Shown here one piece after another: positions 28,548 through 38,938 of a stretch of DNA of 64,000 nt. A program made the position numbers and the translations under genes. The DNA is from Candidatus Zambryskiibacteriota bacterium (lineage in GTDB: Bacteria > Patescibacteriota > Minisyncoccia > Phycocordibacterales > DATDWN01): positions 10,119-74,118 of the forward strand of contig PPGI01000008.1 of NCBI GenBank assembly GCA_003173855.1. Direction: 5' to 3'. The first letter of the stretch is position 1; each line of letters opens with the position of its first letter. The notes under the pieces are model-generated. The model was not told the DNA's origin, ran no database searches, and was given only the letters and a program-made list of their open reading frames with translations.

Positions 28548-28672
28548 AATAAACCTCGTTGAACTATGACTTTTTCAGCATCGCGGAGTGCATGAAGCAC
28601 GAGCGCGAGGAAAATTTTTAGCAAAAAATTATTCCGGTGATGAAAAAGTTATGGTGAAAAAGAGATTTACTC
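28548..28672 (-). repeat. branched hairpin downstream of smpB
   Basis: ATGACTTTTTCA/TGAAAAAGTTAT arms enclosing two sub-hairpins. Confidence 0.55.
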
Positions 28673-28688
28673 TAGGCCGAATCAGGTT

Positions 28689-29132
28689 TTATTTGTCAGA
28701 GAACTCTCGACTGATCTCACGGTCAGTGTCACGCTTTTTGATTGTTTGTCGTTTATCAAATTTTTTCTTTCCGCGAACTGTTGCGAGACCAAGTTTCAGC
28801 TTGCGGCCTTTATTGTACACTGAAATTGGGATGATTGTCAAGCCCTTTGTACCTTCGTTTTTTGACAATTTAGTTAACTCTTCCTTTGTAAGTAATAATC
28901 TTCTGTTTCTATATGGATCGTAGTCAGCTGGAGTGTTATTTACTTGGTATGGTGGCACAAACATGCCTGTAACGTAAGCTTCATTTCCGCGGATAGTTAT
29001 GTAAGCTCCCTCAAGTGACCCTTTGCCAGATTTTAGAGATTTCACTTCAAAACCAAAAAGCTCAATACCAGCAGTATATTTATCTAGGATTTCGTAATTA
29101 AATTGCGTCTTGCGGTTTGTGACTAATGACAT
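28689..29132 (-). CDS. smpB: SsrA-binding protein
   Basis: AGIELFGFEVKS, RRLLL, GKKKFDKR. Confidence 0.98.
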   Translation of the reverse strand: MSLVTNRKTQFNYEILDKYTAGIELFGFEVKSLKSGKGSLEGAYITIRGNEAYVTGMFVPPYQVNNTPADYDPYRNRRLLLTKEELTKLSKNEGTKGLTIIPISVYNKGRKLKLGLATVRGKKKFDKRQTIKKRDTDREISREFSDK

Positions 29133-29220
29133 AAAAGAAATAGTAACATAGTTTAAATACTCTTTACTTATAAGTATAGTGGAGTATAGTTAATTTTGGA
29201 CAATCTCTCAGGGAGGTGGT

Positions 29221-29433
29221 ATGGACCGAAAGTCGATCTCGATCATGAAAGCGTGCGAGTTGGTGGGCGTTTCTCGGCGGACGATTTACAACTGGCTCTC
29301 GAGTGGCAAGATCGAGTACGTTCGGACTGCTGGGGGGTCGGTACGAATCTTCGTCGACTCGTTGTGGCGCGATCCGCATAAGGTCGATCGGCCAGCAGTT
29401 CAGACTGTCTTGCAGGCTGAAGGGCGGAGCTAG
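29221..29433 (+). CDS. excisionase-like HTH (HTH_17) DNA-binding protein, high GC
   Basis: ACELVGVSRRTIYNWLSSGKI; GGGAGGT SD; about 57% GC by hand count. Confidence 0.85.
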   Translation: MDRKSISIMKACELVGVSRRTIYNWLSSGKIEYVRTAGGSVRIFVDSLWRDPHKVDRPAVQTVLQAEGRS

Positions 29434-29555
29434 CCTTTCAGAACAGAACTACGATAGCACGAAAATCTAAGGGGCGGCTTAACCGCCCCTTTCTGTACAT
29501 CTAATTTTCACTTTTATTTTGATTAAATTCATGTATACTGTGCCTTATTAAATAT

Positions 29556-31502
29556 ATGGCATTACCTGAAAACAAAGACAAAAAGAAGATCATAATAAAG
29601 AAGTCTTCCAATGGAAACAGCAAAGGACCGAAAGAAAGTTCTATAATGAACTACATTCTATCGATCCTTCTCGTTTTTATTGTTATTTCAACTATTTATT
29701 CTTTTGTTTCAAATACTACGAGCAAGAAAACTCCAGAAATTCCACTTTCAACTCTTGCTCAAGATATAAAAGGTGGAGCTGTTAAAGAAATTACCGTAAA
29801 TGGAGATGATTTAAACGTTGAATATAAAACTGGTGACAAGAAAAATTCTAGGAAAGAAGATGCAGTGGCTCTATCACAATCTCTTGATAATTTGGGAGTG
29901 AGCAAAGAACAATTAAGCCAAATAGGCATTAATATTCAAAATCAAAATGGACTTGGTTACTGGTTGCTAAATCTTGCTCCAATTATTTTCCCAATATTAT
30001 TTATTTTGATTTTTGTTTGGTTTCTATCTCGTCAAGTTAAAGGTGCAGGAATTCAAGCATTAACTTTTGGTCAATCGAAAGCACGAATGATTGATCCAAA
30101 TGACAAAAGTCAGAGAGTAACATTTAAAGATGTCGCAGGAGCAAAAGAAGCAAAAGAAGAACTGCTTGAAATTGTTGATTTCCTCCGAAATCCGAAAAAA
30201 TTTCTTGATATTGGTGCTAGGATTCCAAAAGGAATTCTCTTAATGGGTGCACCTGGAACTGGAAAAACTTTGCTCGCACGAGCAGTAGCTGGGGAAGCGG
30301 GAGTAGCATTCTTTTCAATTTCTGGATCAGAATTCGTAGAAATGTTCGTCGGTGTCGGTGCTTCACGTGTAAGAGATTTATTTTTAATGGCCAAGAAAAA
30401 CGCACCAGCAATTATTTTCGTAGATGAGATTGATGCTGTCGGACGTGTCCGAGGAGTTGGTGCTGGTGGTGGAAACGATGAACGAGAGCAAACACTGAAT
30501 CAGATTCTAGTTGAAATGGATGGATTTGAACCAAACGAAAAAGTAATTGTCATGGCTGCAACAAACAGACCAGATGTTCTTGATCCAGCTCTGCTTCGAC
30601 CAGGACGATTTGATCGACGAGTGACTCTTGATTTGCCGGACAGGCGAGACAGAGAAGAAATTTTGCGAGTTCACAGTGGTAAAAAACCATTTGCCGAAGA
30701 TGTTAATCTAAAAGTTATCGCCGAAAGAACGCCAGGTTTTTCCGGAGCTGATCTTTATTCTTTAATGAACGAAGGAGCAATTTTAGCAGCGCGAGAAAAT
30801 AGAACAAAAATTTCTCAATTCGATTTGATTCGTTCGATTGAAAAAGTAATGCTTGGTCCTGAACGACGCAGTCATATTTTGTCGAAAAAAGAAAAAGAAA
30901 TTACTGCATATCACGAAGCAGGTCATGCGGTACTTGCTTCACTTCTCCCATATGCTGATCCAGTGCACAAAATTTCAATCATAGCTCGCGGTCGTGCTGC
31001 AGGTTATGTTTTAAAACTTCCACTTGAAGATACAAAACTCCAATCACGAAAAGAGTTTCTTGATGATATTGCAGTGTCTCTTGGAGGATATGTTACAGAA
31101 AAAATGCTTTTTGATGATTTAACTACTGGTCCATCAAATGATTTGCAAGTTTCGACTGCTCTTGCTCGGGATATGGTTACAAAATACGGAATGTCTGATT
31201 CTGTTGGTCCAATTGCTCTTGAAGGAGCAGGTGGAAAGGTTTTATTTGGAAGGGGAGTTGAAGAACAAGGTTTTTCAGAAAAAGTTGCTTCAGATATTGA
31301 TGCAGAAGTTTCGCGTATTATGAAAGAAGCACTTGAGAAAGCAAAGAAAGTCATTACTGAAAATAGAAAACTTCTTGATGCAATTGCAAAACGACTGATG
31401 GAAGTAGAAACAATTGAACGTGCAGAATTTGAAAATATTTTAATTACTCACGGAGTTAGCCCAAAACAAAAAATGGATATTGAGCATCAACCATTAGTTT
31501 GA
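29556..31502 (+). CDS. ftsH: ATP-dependent zinc metalloprotease FtsH
   Basis: [28 protein letters not shown]. Confidence 0.99.
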   Translation: MALPENKDKKKIIIKKSSNGNSKGPKESSIMNYILSILLVFIVISTIYSFVSNTTSKKTPEIPLSTLAQDIKGGAVKEITVNGDDLNVEYKTGDKKNSRKEDAVALSQSLDNLGVSKEQLSQIGINIQNQNGLGYWLLNLAPIIFPILFILIFVWFLSRQVKGAGIQALTFGQSKARMIDPNDKSQRVTFKDVAGAKEAKEELLEIVDFLRNPKKFLDIGARIPKGILLMGAPGTGKTLLARAVAGEAGVAFFSISGSEFVEMFVGVGASRVRDLFLMAKKNAPAIIFVDEIDAVGRVRGVGAGGGNDEREQTLNQILVEMDGFEPNEKVIVMAATNRPDVLDPALLRPGRFDRRVTLDLPDRRDREEILRVHSGKKPFAEDVNLKVIAERTPGFSGADLYSLMNEGAILAARENRTKISQFDLIRSIEKVMLGPERRSHILSKKEKEITAYHEAGHAVLASLLPYADPVHKISIIARGRAAGYVLKLPLEDTKLQSRKEFLDDIAVSLGGYVTEKMLFDDLTTGPSNDLQVSTALARDMVTKYGMSDSVGPIALEGAGGKVLFGRGVEEQGFSEKVASDIDAEVSRIMKEALEKAKKVITENRKLLDAIAKRLMEVETIERAEFENILITHGVSPKQKMDIEHQPLV

Positions 31503-31545
31503 CACCAATTTTATTTCTGGTACTATTTTTTGTGGAGGTGTAAGA

Positions 31546-31758
31546 GTGAGTTCTCCTGAACGTACAATTACAAGACAAATGGCGCTGATTTTTGTCGAGC
31601 AGATGAGACACGAAGTTTCAATGCTCGGTGACACCCAGTGTGCCGTGGACATTAACAATGTTCTCGAACTGCTTCGTCGAGGAGCGTACCCTCCCGATGT
31701 CGCTCACTTTCTGGTGACAATGATGAGGAATGGAGCAAAACTTCAAACCTCAATGTAA
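31546..31758 (+). CDS. small hypothetical protein
   Basis: TTGACA..TACTAT promoter, GGAGGT SD, GTG start, downstream hairpin. Confidence 0.7.
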   Translation: MSSPERTITRQMALIFVEQMRHEVSMLGDTQCAVDINNVLELLRRGAYPPDVAHFLVTMMRNGAKLQTSM

Positions 31759-31807
31759 GCAGTGTTCACGCAAAAGGCCGGCAACCCGCCGGCCTTTCCT
31801 ATACATG

Positions 31808-31881
31808 TCCGCCTGCTTGGACTCGAACCAAGGACCCCAGAGGTATAAGCTCTGTGCTCTAACCAACTGAGCTACAGGCGG
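31808..31881 (-). tRNA. tRNA-Ile, anticodon UAU
   Basis: CCGCCTG/CAGGCGG-A acceptor, TAGCTCAGTTGGTTAGAGC D-arm, CAGAG-CT TAT AC-CTCTG, GGTTCGAGTCC; no CCA. Confidence 0.92.
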
Positions 31882-31977
31882 AAAACATATTTAAAATTAA
31901 CACATTTTGATAAATAAAAAAACTTCTATTGACAAATATAATTTAAATACTATTGTAATGGCGGAAGGAGTTTTCTG

Positions 31978-32322
31978 ATGGCTGAGAATTTACCGAAGGA
32001 TATGTCGAGAATAGTTTTGCGGATCTCGACAGAGAAGGACAATCCACAAAAGCTTCGCAATGTCGAATTTCGGATCGATCCGAAAAACGACGATGCTATT
32101 CGAATCCTTGATCGTGACTTGCACGATGTTTTCTCGGTCACAGTTCGAAAGACATGGACCAATATGCCAGAGAGGATGGTTCAAAGTTATGCGAACGAAG
32201 CGTTAATCGATGCTGTCATTCGGGCATTCTATGCTGTACTGGTTGCGGGTCCACTTACACCAGTACAAGAGAAAGCAATCCATCGTGCTGTTCCTGATCT
32301 CGTCATCACTCTACCCAAGTAG
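31978..32322 (+). CDS. hypothetical protein
   Basis: TTGACA promoter, AAGGAG SD, hairpin after stop. Confidence 0.75.
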   Translation: MAENLPKDMSRIVLRISTEKDNPQKLRNVEFRIDPKNDDAIRILDRDLHDVFSVTVRKTWTNMPERMVQSYANEALIDAVIRAFYAVLVAGPLTPVQEKAIHRAVPDLVITLPK

Positions 32323-32409
32323 TCCACAAGAAAAAGTTCTCAAGACTTCTTGTGGACTTTTTCATTGACATAGAAATTTCGGGTGATATCTTTAAATCTC
32401 GGAGGTTCT

Positions 32410-32607
32410 ATGAATTCAGATGAGAACCGAACGACTACGTTTGGTCAAGTTCCAGTTGGCGGTGAGTTCTATGGTGAGGGGACAGACACCAAATTCAAAA
32501 AGGAATCCTACAACGAGTGTATTGTTGTTGAGGGTCCGGGAAAAGGACGGACGTTTCCAGTGTACGATCCTGGATGGATCGTCGAACCGGCAATTATTGA
32601 GTTGTAG
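32410..32607 (+). CDS. small hypothetical protein
   Basis: GGAGGT SD before ATG 32410; hairpin GGGCCCGC..GCGGGCTC after. Confidence 0.7.
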   Translation: MNSDENRTTTFGQVPVGGEFYGEGTDTKFKKESYNECIVVEGPGKGRTFPVYDPGWIVEPAIIEL

Positions 32608-32693
32608 TTAGCTGAGGGGCCCGCATGTGCGGGCTCTTTACATAATTATGAATTTGACTATAGTAATTTTAGAAACATTAGATAGGAGGTCCG

Positions 32694-33026
32694 ATGACAC
32701 CAGGTGCAGCTCGTTTCTCGAAGAGCATCATGGCTATAAGCCAAAGCCTCAAGTCCGGAGTTCCGAGTGACGCTGAGCTCTCTCGGCTTCTCAGAGAAAC
32801 AGGAGCGGTGGTAAACGAGAAATCCAAAACCATTCTCCTCAATACTTTATTCGACATACGGGGACGTGAGAACCGTCTTGCGACAATCAACATTGTTGCA
32901 AGGTGCTTCAAGAGTCTAACCAAACCTGTTCCCGCTGAGCCTGAGAGAATGGCCGACATCGATTACGACGATTTCACAGAAATCGATCCGACTGCAGTGG
33001 AAGTTCCAACAGGCGAGTGGCGATAA
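32694..33026 (+). CDS. hypothetical protein
   Basis: AGGAGGT SD; hairpin AAAGGGAGCAG..CTGCTCCCTTT after. Confidence 0.75.
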   Translation: MTPGAARFSKSIMAISQSLKSGVPSDAELSRLLRETGAVVNEKSKTILLNTLFDIRGRENRLATINIVARCFKSLTKPVPAEPERMADIDYDDFTEIDPTAVEVPTGEWR

Positions 33027-33068
33027 ACAAAAGGGAGCAGGTAATCTGCTCCCTTTGTTCTATATTTT

Positions 33069-35219
33069 TTATTCAAAATGGATTTTGTTATTTTTATTTT
33101 GCAAAGCTTCTTTTAATTTTGGATAATTTTTTAATTCTGGATCTTCATCTAGTATTCGCATAGCTTCAGTCCGACTGGCTTCAACCATTTTTATATTTTT
33201 AATTCCTTCCATAGCCAAGTCGGAGAGTCCCCATTGTTTTCTCCCATACAATTCTCCCGCTCCGCGTTGTTCTAAATCAAATTCAGCTAATTCGAATCCA
33301 TTTTTGGCGGTAGTCAGGGCTTTCAGGCGATCGCGAGTTTTTTGGCCTTGGCTTTCGGCAAATACGTAACAATATGCTTGATGATTTGATCTGATAACTC
33401 GTCCGCGAAGCTGATGAAGTTGAGACAATCCAAATCGTTCAGCCCCCTCGATAATAATCATTGTTGCGTTAGGAACATTGACTCCGACTTCAACAACAGA
33501 TGTTGCTACGAGAATTTTTGTTTCTCCATGTGAAAATTTATCCATCACTTTTTCTTTTTCCTGCGGAGTCATTTTGGAATGCAAAATATCTATAGTGAAT
33601 TCAGAAAAAACTTCCTTTTTAAGTCGTTCTGCTTCGAGAGTTACAGATTTTGCAATAACTGCTAATTCTTTTGTTGGGTCAGGTTCATCAATTCTCGGAC
33701 AAATAACATAAAGTTGTCTTCCGGTTCGCAATTCTTTTTTAATTTCCTCGTAGGTTTGTGCTCGAGCTTGCGGCAAAATTATTTTTGTAATAATCGGTTT
33801 TCGTCCATGTGGCATCTGATCAAGTAAAGTGAGATCAAGATCGCCATAAATTGTAAGCGAAAGCGTTCGAGGAATAGGAGTGGCTGTCATCGAAAGTAAA
33901 TGAGGAGTCAATTCGTTTTTAGTAAGTAATTTTTGTCTCTGTAGAGTTCCAAAACGATGTTGTTCATCAATCACTACATAAGCCAAATGTTTAAAAGCTA
34001 CAGTTTTTTGAATAAGTGTATGAGTACCAATTAGTATTGGCACTTCACCATTTGAAACCCAATTCAATAATTGTGCGCGAGAAATTTTTGTTGGTTTGGT
34101 TGCATCAGTTTTTGATGGAAAAATTTTACATTCACTTCCGGTAATTAGTCCAATTTTTATTGGTAGGTGATTAAAATAGGAAATAAAGTTTTCATAATGC
34201 TGCTTTGCAAGAATTTCTGTTGGGCACATGTATGCAGTCTGGAGATTTCCATAATCTTTTCCATCAGGTCGTGCCATAGTTACAGCATAAATTGTAGTTG
34301 CCGCTACGGCAGTTTTTCCTGAACCGACATCTCCTTCCAATAGGCGAGACATTGGATAACCTCGGCGAAAATCTGAAACGATTGCTTCTATTGCTTTTTT
34401 TTGCGAATCTGTAGCTTTAAATGGAAATCTTTTAATAAAATCAGAGATATCTTTTGTACTTGTTTTAATATTGAATGCACTTTTATCTTGCCAAGTTATT
34501 TTGTTTTTCTGCTTTTCAAGCTGAATAAAAAATATTTCTTGGAAAGCAAATCGTTTTCTTGCTGAAAGTGCATCGCGATCATTTTTTGGTGTATGGATCC
34601 AAATTAAAGCTGTTCGAATATTTGGCAGAGAATATTTTTTTAAAATTTCTTCTGGAATAGGATCAACTATATTTTCAATTATACCCATGCGAAAAATATC
34701 TTGGATTTTATGAAATATCCAATTTGAAGTAATGCCTTTGGTTTCTGCGTACACTGGATAGAGAATATGATCATCTGATCCCTTTCCAAACAGTTCTCCA
34801 GTATCAGGAATTTGATCAATGGCTTCAATTTTCGGATTGCTCATGTAAAGTTCACCTTTGCGCTCTGTGACTTTTCCTTCGGCTCTCACTAATTGTCCTT
34901 CTCGAATCATTTTGGCAATGTATGGTTGATTGAACCAGACGAGTTTGATTTTGCCGGTCTCGTCCGAAATAAATCCATCAGACATTGGTATTTTTTTTAC
35001 CCAAGCTTTCGAAGTTTTAAGTCCAGAAACTTTTCCAAAAATAGTTACTTGATCTCCTTTAACTAATCCTTCGATCCGCTTTACTTGATTAGGATCTCCG
35101 TATCGAAAAGGGAAGTAGTAGAGCAAATCCTCAATTGTCACTAAACCAAGTTTTCCTAGTGCTTTTTTTTGAAATTCACTGAGTCGGAATGTTTCAGAAA
35201 GTTTAGAGTCTAACTGCAT
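33069..35219 (-). CDS. recG: ATP-dependent DNA helicase RecG
   Basis: GDVGSGKT, DEQHRFG, MTATPIPRT, QLHQLRGRV; start moved to ATG 35219. Confidence 0.98.
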   Translation of the reverse strand: MQLDSKLSETFRLSEFQKKALGKLGLVTIEDLLYYFPFRYGDPNQVKRIEGLVKGDQVTIFGKVSGLKTSKAWVKKIPMSDGFISDETGKIKLVWFNQPYIAKMIREGQLVRAEGKVTERKGELYMSNPKIEAIDQIPDTGELFGKGSDDHILYPVYAETKGITSNWIFHKIQDIFRMGIIENIVDPIPEEILKKYSLPNIRTALIWIHTPKNDRDALSARKRFAFQEIFFIQLEKQKNKITWQDKSAFNIKTSTKDISDFIKRFPFKATDSQKKAIEAIVSDFRRGYPMSRLLEGDVGSGKTAVAATTIYAVTMARPDGKDYGNLQTAYMCPTEILAKQHYENFISYFNHLPIKIGLITGSECKIFPSKTDATKPTKISRAQLLNWVSNGEVPILIGTHTLIQKTVAFKHLAYVVIDEQHRFGTLQRQKLLTKNELTPHLLSMTATPIPRTLSLTIYGDLDLTLLDQMPHGRKPIITKIILPQARAQTYEEIKKELRTGRQLYVICPRIDEPDPTKELAVIAKSVTLEAERLKKEVFSEFTIDILHSKMTPQEKEKVMDKFSHGETKILVATSVVEVGVNVPNATMIIIEGAERFGLSQLHQLRGRVIRSNHQAYCYVFAESQGQKTRDRLKALTTAKNGFELAEFDLEQRGAGELYGRKQWGLSDLAMEGIKNIKMVEASRTEAMRILDEDPELKNYPKLKEALQNKNNKIHFE

Positions 35220-35313
35220 GTCGCTAGTGTAGCATGTGTTCATTTTTTGCTATAGGTCGCGAACGTTTTTGTCTTAATGTGAAAGGGCAAGTCCGTAGAC
35301 CTGCCCTCTAGAC

Positions 35314-36306
35314 TTACTTTGTTGCGTGCACCTTCGGTCGGTTGGTGAAAGATGGATCGGCATCGATCGCGTTGCCCGACGGATTGTACACCGTTGGGCA
35401 ACTGTAGTTCGTGATTTTGTTCGTGATCATCTTGTCGTTGTTGCCTTGATCGGAGATTGCCGCAACATACGAGGTGTTGTAGCAATAGTCGTTTGTGATG
35501 GTGTTGTTCACGACTTTGTTGTTCGTCTGGTCGTCTGGAGCACTGATGCAGTCAGCAGCCACATTGGACAGATACGCTCCCACATCATTGTTTTTGAGCG
35601 TGTTCTGAACAATCTGAACCCCAGATACGAGAGCGCTTCCATAACAAGCTCCTCCAACTACCAGAATTCCGCCTGAAGCGGAACCATCACCGGGAAATCC
35701 GATGTAGGAATTTCCGCTTACAGTGTTTCTCATGACGGACGCTGATGCGGCGAAACCAACTTGGATGCCGTTCTGGGCAATGTAGTTTACATGCCCCTGA
35801 CCGATGACGTTGTTGTCGCTTACCGTTACCTGGGAAGCTGGACCGTTCACCACGACCCCGCCTTTTTGGTAATTGTAAATCGTGTTTCCGGAAACTTTTC
35901 CAGTCACGGCGCTCGTGTCCGAGAAACCACGGTAGTAGATGCCCACACCATGCTGGGTACCATTCAATGGCACTTCGCCGATGTCATGAATCGAGCTCGT
36001 CAAAACGTCAACCGAGACGATTCCAGCGTCGCCGTTCACTAGCACACCGAAATAGTTCGATCCGAAGATGTTTGCCGATTTCACCGTGCCGCCGACGCCT
36101 GCTGCGTCGTAGTAGATCGCCACGTTGCAGCCGGTCGAGTCGACATTTCCCGACACCGTGCCGACAGGATTGATAAGAGCCGCGGTCATGTTGATCGAGT
36201 CTCTGAAGAAACCAGTTGGCATGCAAGTTGCCGCCTTGATCGAAACCTCCTTGATGGAAGTTCCCATGAGAACAATTGCCAGTGCGAACACAAACCTTTT
36301 CATCAC
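35314..36306 (-). CDS. secreted right-handed beta-helix protein, high GC
   Basis: Signal peptide; repeated V/I-x-x-N-T-I/V turns; GAGGAG SD; over 50% GC. Confidence 0.8.
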   Translation of the reverse strand: MMKRFVFALAIVLMGTSIKEVSIKAATCMPTGFFRDSINMTAALINPVGTVSGNVDSTGCNVAIYYDAAGVGGTVKSANIFGSNYFGVLVNGDAGIVSVDVLTSSIHDIGEVPLNGTQHGVGIYYRGFSDTSAVTGKVSGNTIYNYQKGGVVVNGPASQVTVSDNNVIGQGHVNYIAQNGIQVGFAASASVMRNTVSGNSYIGFPGDGSASGGILVVGGACYGSALVSGVQIVQNTLKNNDVGAYLSNVAADCISAPDDQTNNKVVNNTITNDYCYNTSYVAAISDQGNNDKMITNKITNYSCPTVYNPSGNAIDADPSFTNRPKVHATK

Positions 36307-36407
36307 TCACTCCTCATTCAAATAGTACGGGTTTCCACCAGGAAACTCCGTAGCTAAATTTACATGTTATTTTACTCTTGTCAATGTGTAGAACTTGTGT
36401 TAAAAAT

Positions 36408-36707
36408 ATGATTATGAAATGGATAAAAAATAATTGGATCAAGCTCCTAGCAGTTCTAAGTTTGGCTGGAGCAATATGGGGCAATTTCCCATATGTTTAT
36501 TATCAACTAATGAATTGGATAGTTGTCGGTGCAGCAATTGTTACAGCAATGCAAGCATCACGCAAAAATAATATTGCAGTAATGTGGTTCTTTCTTTTTG
36601 TAGCAGTTATATTTAATCCTGTTGCTCCACTTTATTTAGATCAGAATGTTTGGAGAACAGTCGATATGGTTACAGGTTTAGTTTTTCTTCTCGCTTTGTT
36701 TGTCTAA
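36408..36707 (+). CDS. small membrane protein (DUF6804-like)
   Basis: PYxYYQL, FNPVAPLYL, WxxVD motifs. Confidence 0.7.
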   Translation: MIMKWIKNNWIKLLAVLSLAGAIWGNFPYVYYQLMNWIVVGAAIVTAMQASRKNNIAVMWFFLFVAVIFNPVAPLYLDQNVWRTVDMVTGLVFLLALFV

Positions 36708-36756
36708 TTAAATGCAAAAAATCCCGGATCTCTCCGGGATTTTTTGTTTAACTTAA

Positions 36757-38674
36757 TTAATATTGAGAACTCCACTGTGCGGTTAGATTTCCAATACCAT
36801 TGTCGGCTACAACTTTAATTGAGATTATATCTCCTGCACTAAATGCAACATTGTGTGTTACATCTGAACAAGAACTTGCTCCGCTAGTGATTGTACACGT
36901 TACAGGCTGACTTACGCCATTTTTATCAACAGTGAACACGATATTTTTACCAGAGCCGCCGACATTAGAACTCAATCTCACAAAGAAGTTCTTTATTGTT
37001 CCTGCAACTGGCATTGCTACTTGCTCTGAGCTTTCAGTTGTTGAATTACTTCCAACAAATGTGCCCATGTATGTTGTAGCATTAGCTTGAACGCTTGCAC
37101 CACTGCCTCCACCTATAAATGAGATTCCGTTAGTTCCATTTATACCTGGGTTACCTTGTATTCCTTGGATACCCTGTATACCTTGAGAACCAGTGTCACC
37201 CTTATCTCCCTTTACACCCTGAATACCTTGGATGCCCTGTATTCCTTGATCTCCTTTATCACCCTTTGGACCAATAAGTGATGTTAACCATTGAGTTACA
37301 GTGCCACCAAAACTATTATCAACAGCAACTTGGTAAGCACTTTTTCCATCAACACCAGTGTCTCCTTTGTCTCCTTTATCACCCTTATCACCTTGAATTC
37401 CTTGTATTCCTTGATCTCCTTTGTCTCCTTTTAAGCCTTGTGGACCTTGAGAACCAGTATCACCTTTATCTCCCTTTGGACCTTGTGGACCAGTATCGCC
37501 GGTATCTCCCTTCAAACCTTGTGGGCCTGGTACACCTTGAATACCTTGTTCTCCTTTTTCACCTTGTTGACCAGTTTCTCCTTGGATTCCTTGCTCACCT
37601 TGAGCACCAGTCTCTCCTTTTTCACCCTGAACTCCTTGAATACCCTGATCTCCTTTGTCACCTTTATCTCCCTTTGGACCTTGGATTCCTTGTTGACCTT
37701 GTGGACCAGCAGGACCTATTGGACCTACATCACCTTGAGCACCTATAGGACCAGCAGCTCCCGTATCTCCTTTAGGACCTTGATCTCCGGTATCACCCTT
37801 GTCTCCTTTTTCTCCATTAGTTCCGTTTGTTCCAGGATCCCCCTTTGGACCTTGTGGACCAACTGAACCTTGTATACCTTGTGGACCTTGAGCACCAGTC
37901 TCTCCTTTAGGACCCGCAGGGCCTGTGTCACCAGTATCACCCTTTGGACCGGTTGCTCCATCAGCACCATTTTGACCAGCAGGACCGATTGGACCTTGGA
38001 TTCCTTGAATTCCTTGTGGGCCAGCAGGACCTTGAATATTTCCTACATCTTGGAAGTGAGTTAAATCAGTACATACATATAAATGTCCACCAATTAAATA
38101 TCCATCACCAATATTACATGATGAAGGTAGAAGGGAGTATCATCAAATGATCCGAGAATTTTTACACTTGTTCCAGCTTCTCCTTTTTCTCCTTGTGGAC
38201 CTTGTGGACCAGCAGGGCCTTGAGCACCTGTTGCACCAGGAGCACCATCAGCACCAGCCGGACCGGTTGAGCCTGTATCTCCTTTATCTCCTTTTGAACC
38301 TTGTATTCCTTGAGCACCTATTGAACCAGCAGGACCTGTGGCACCAGTATTACCAGTGTCACCCTTGTCTCCTTTTTCTCCTTGTGGACCGATAGGACCG
38401 ATTGGACCTTGTGGGCCGATAGGACCAGGAACTCCTTGAATTCCTTGTGGACCTTGTGGACCTGCAGGACCTTGTGGACCAACTGTTGAACCGACACTAA
38501 TAAAAGTATTTCCTGAACCAGTACACTGTGAGGCAGAACTTACAACCGTCACTTTTCCGTTCGGACTTGAAACACAAAGATTAATTGTTGTAGCAGATGC
38601 ATTTGCAAGTGGAATTAATGCAAACAAACTTATTCCAGCAATCGTTGTGACAACCCTATAAGAAATTTTTTCAT
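36757..38674 (-). pseudogene. secreted collagen-like protein, about 639 aa when repaired, two 1-nt deletions
   Basis: Continuous Gly-X-Y frame from ~38135 to 36757; frame breaks at A6 after ATG 38674 and near 38136. Confidence 0.85.
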
Positions 38675-38938
38675 TGAAAATCTGTTTATAAAATTAATAA
38701 GCTACTAATAAATGAAATGCATCTCAGTGCATACTACATTATAAGAGGGTAGTGTCAAACCTATCGGAAATTCAAAAAAAATTGTAGAAAATCTATTTTA
38801 TCCACACATAATCCCCAAAAAATCGAGAATTTTCGTCAAATTCAGAAAAAATTTGAAAATTTTGTGATTTGCAAAAAATTTTGGATGTTATACTGACAAA
38901 GATTATAAATTAAATAGTAAATTAAAAAATAATTTTTT

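Noticed and set aside
28588-28923. 111-aa plus-strand ORF
   Set aside because: Antisense shadow of smpB plus hairpin sequence
28020-29500. Prophage or integrative element at tmRNA
   Set aside because: No integrase, no duplicated ssrA 3' end, only a lone HTH gene
37278-38395. Several plus-strand and alternative-frame ORFs
   Set aside because: Shadows of the collagen GXY repeat
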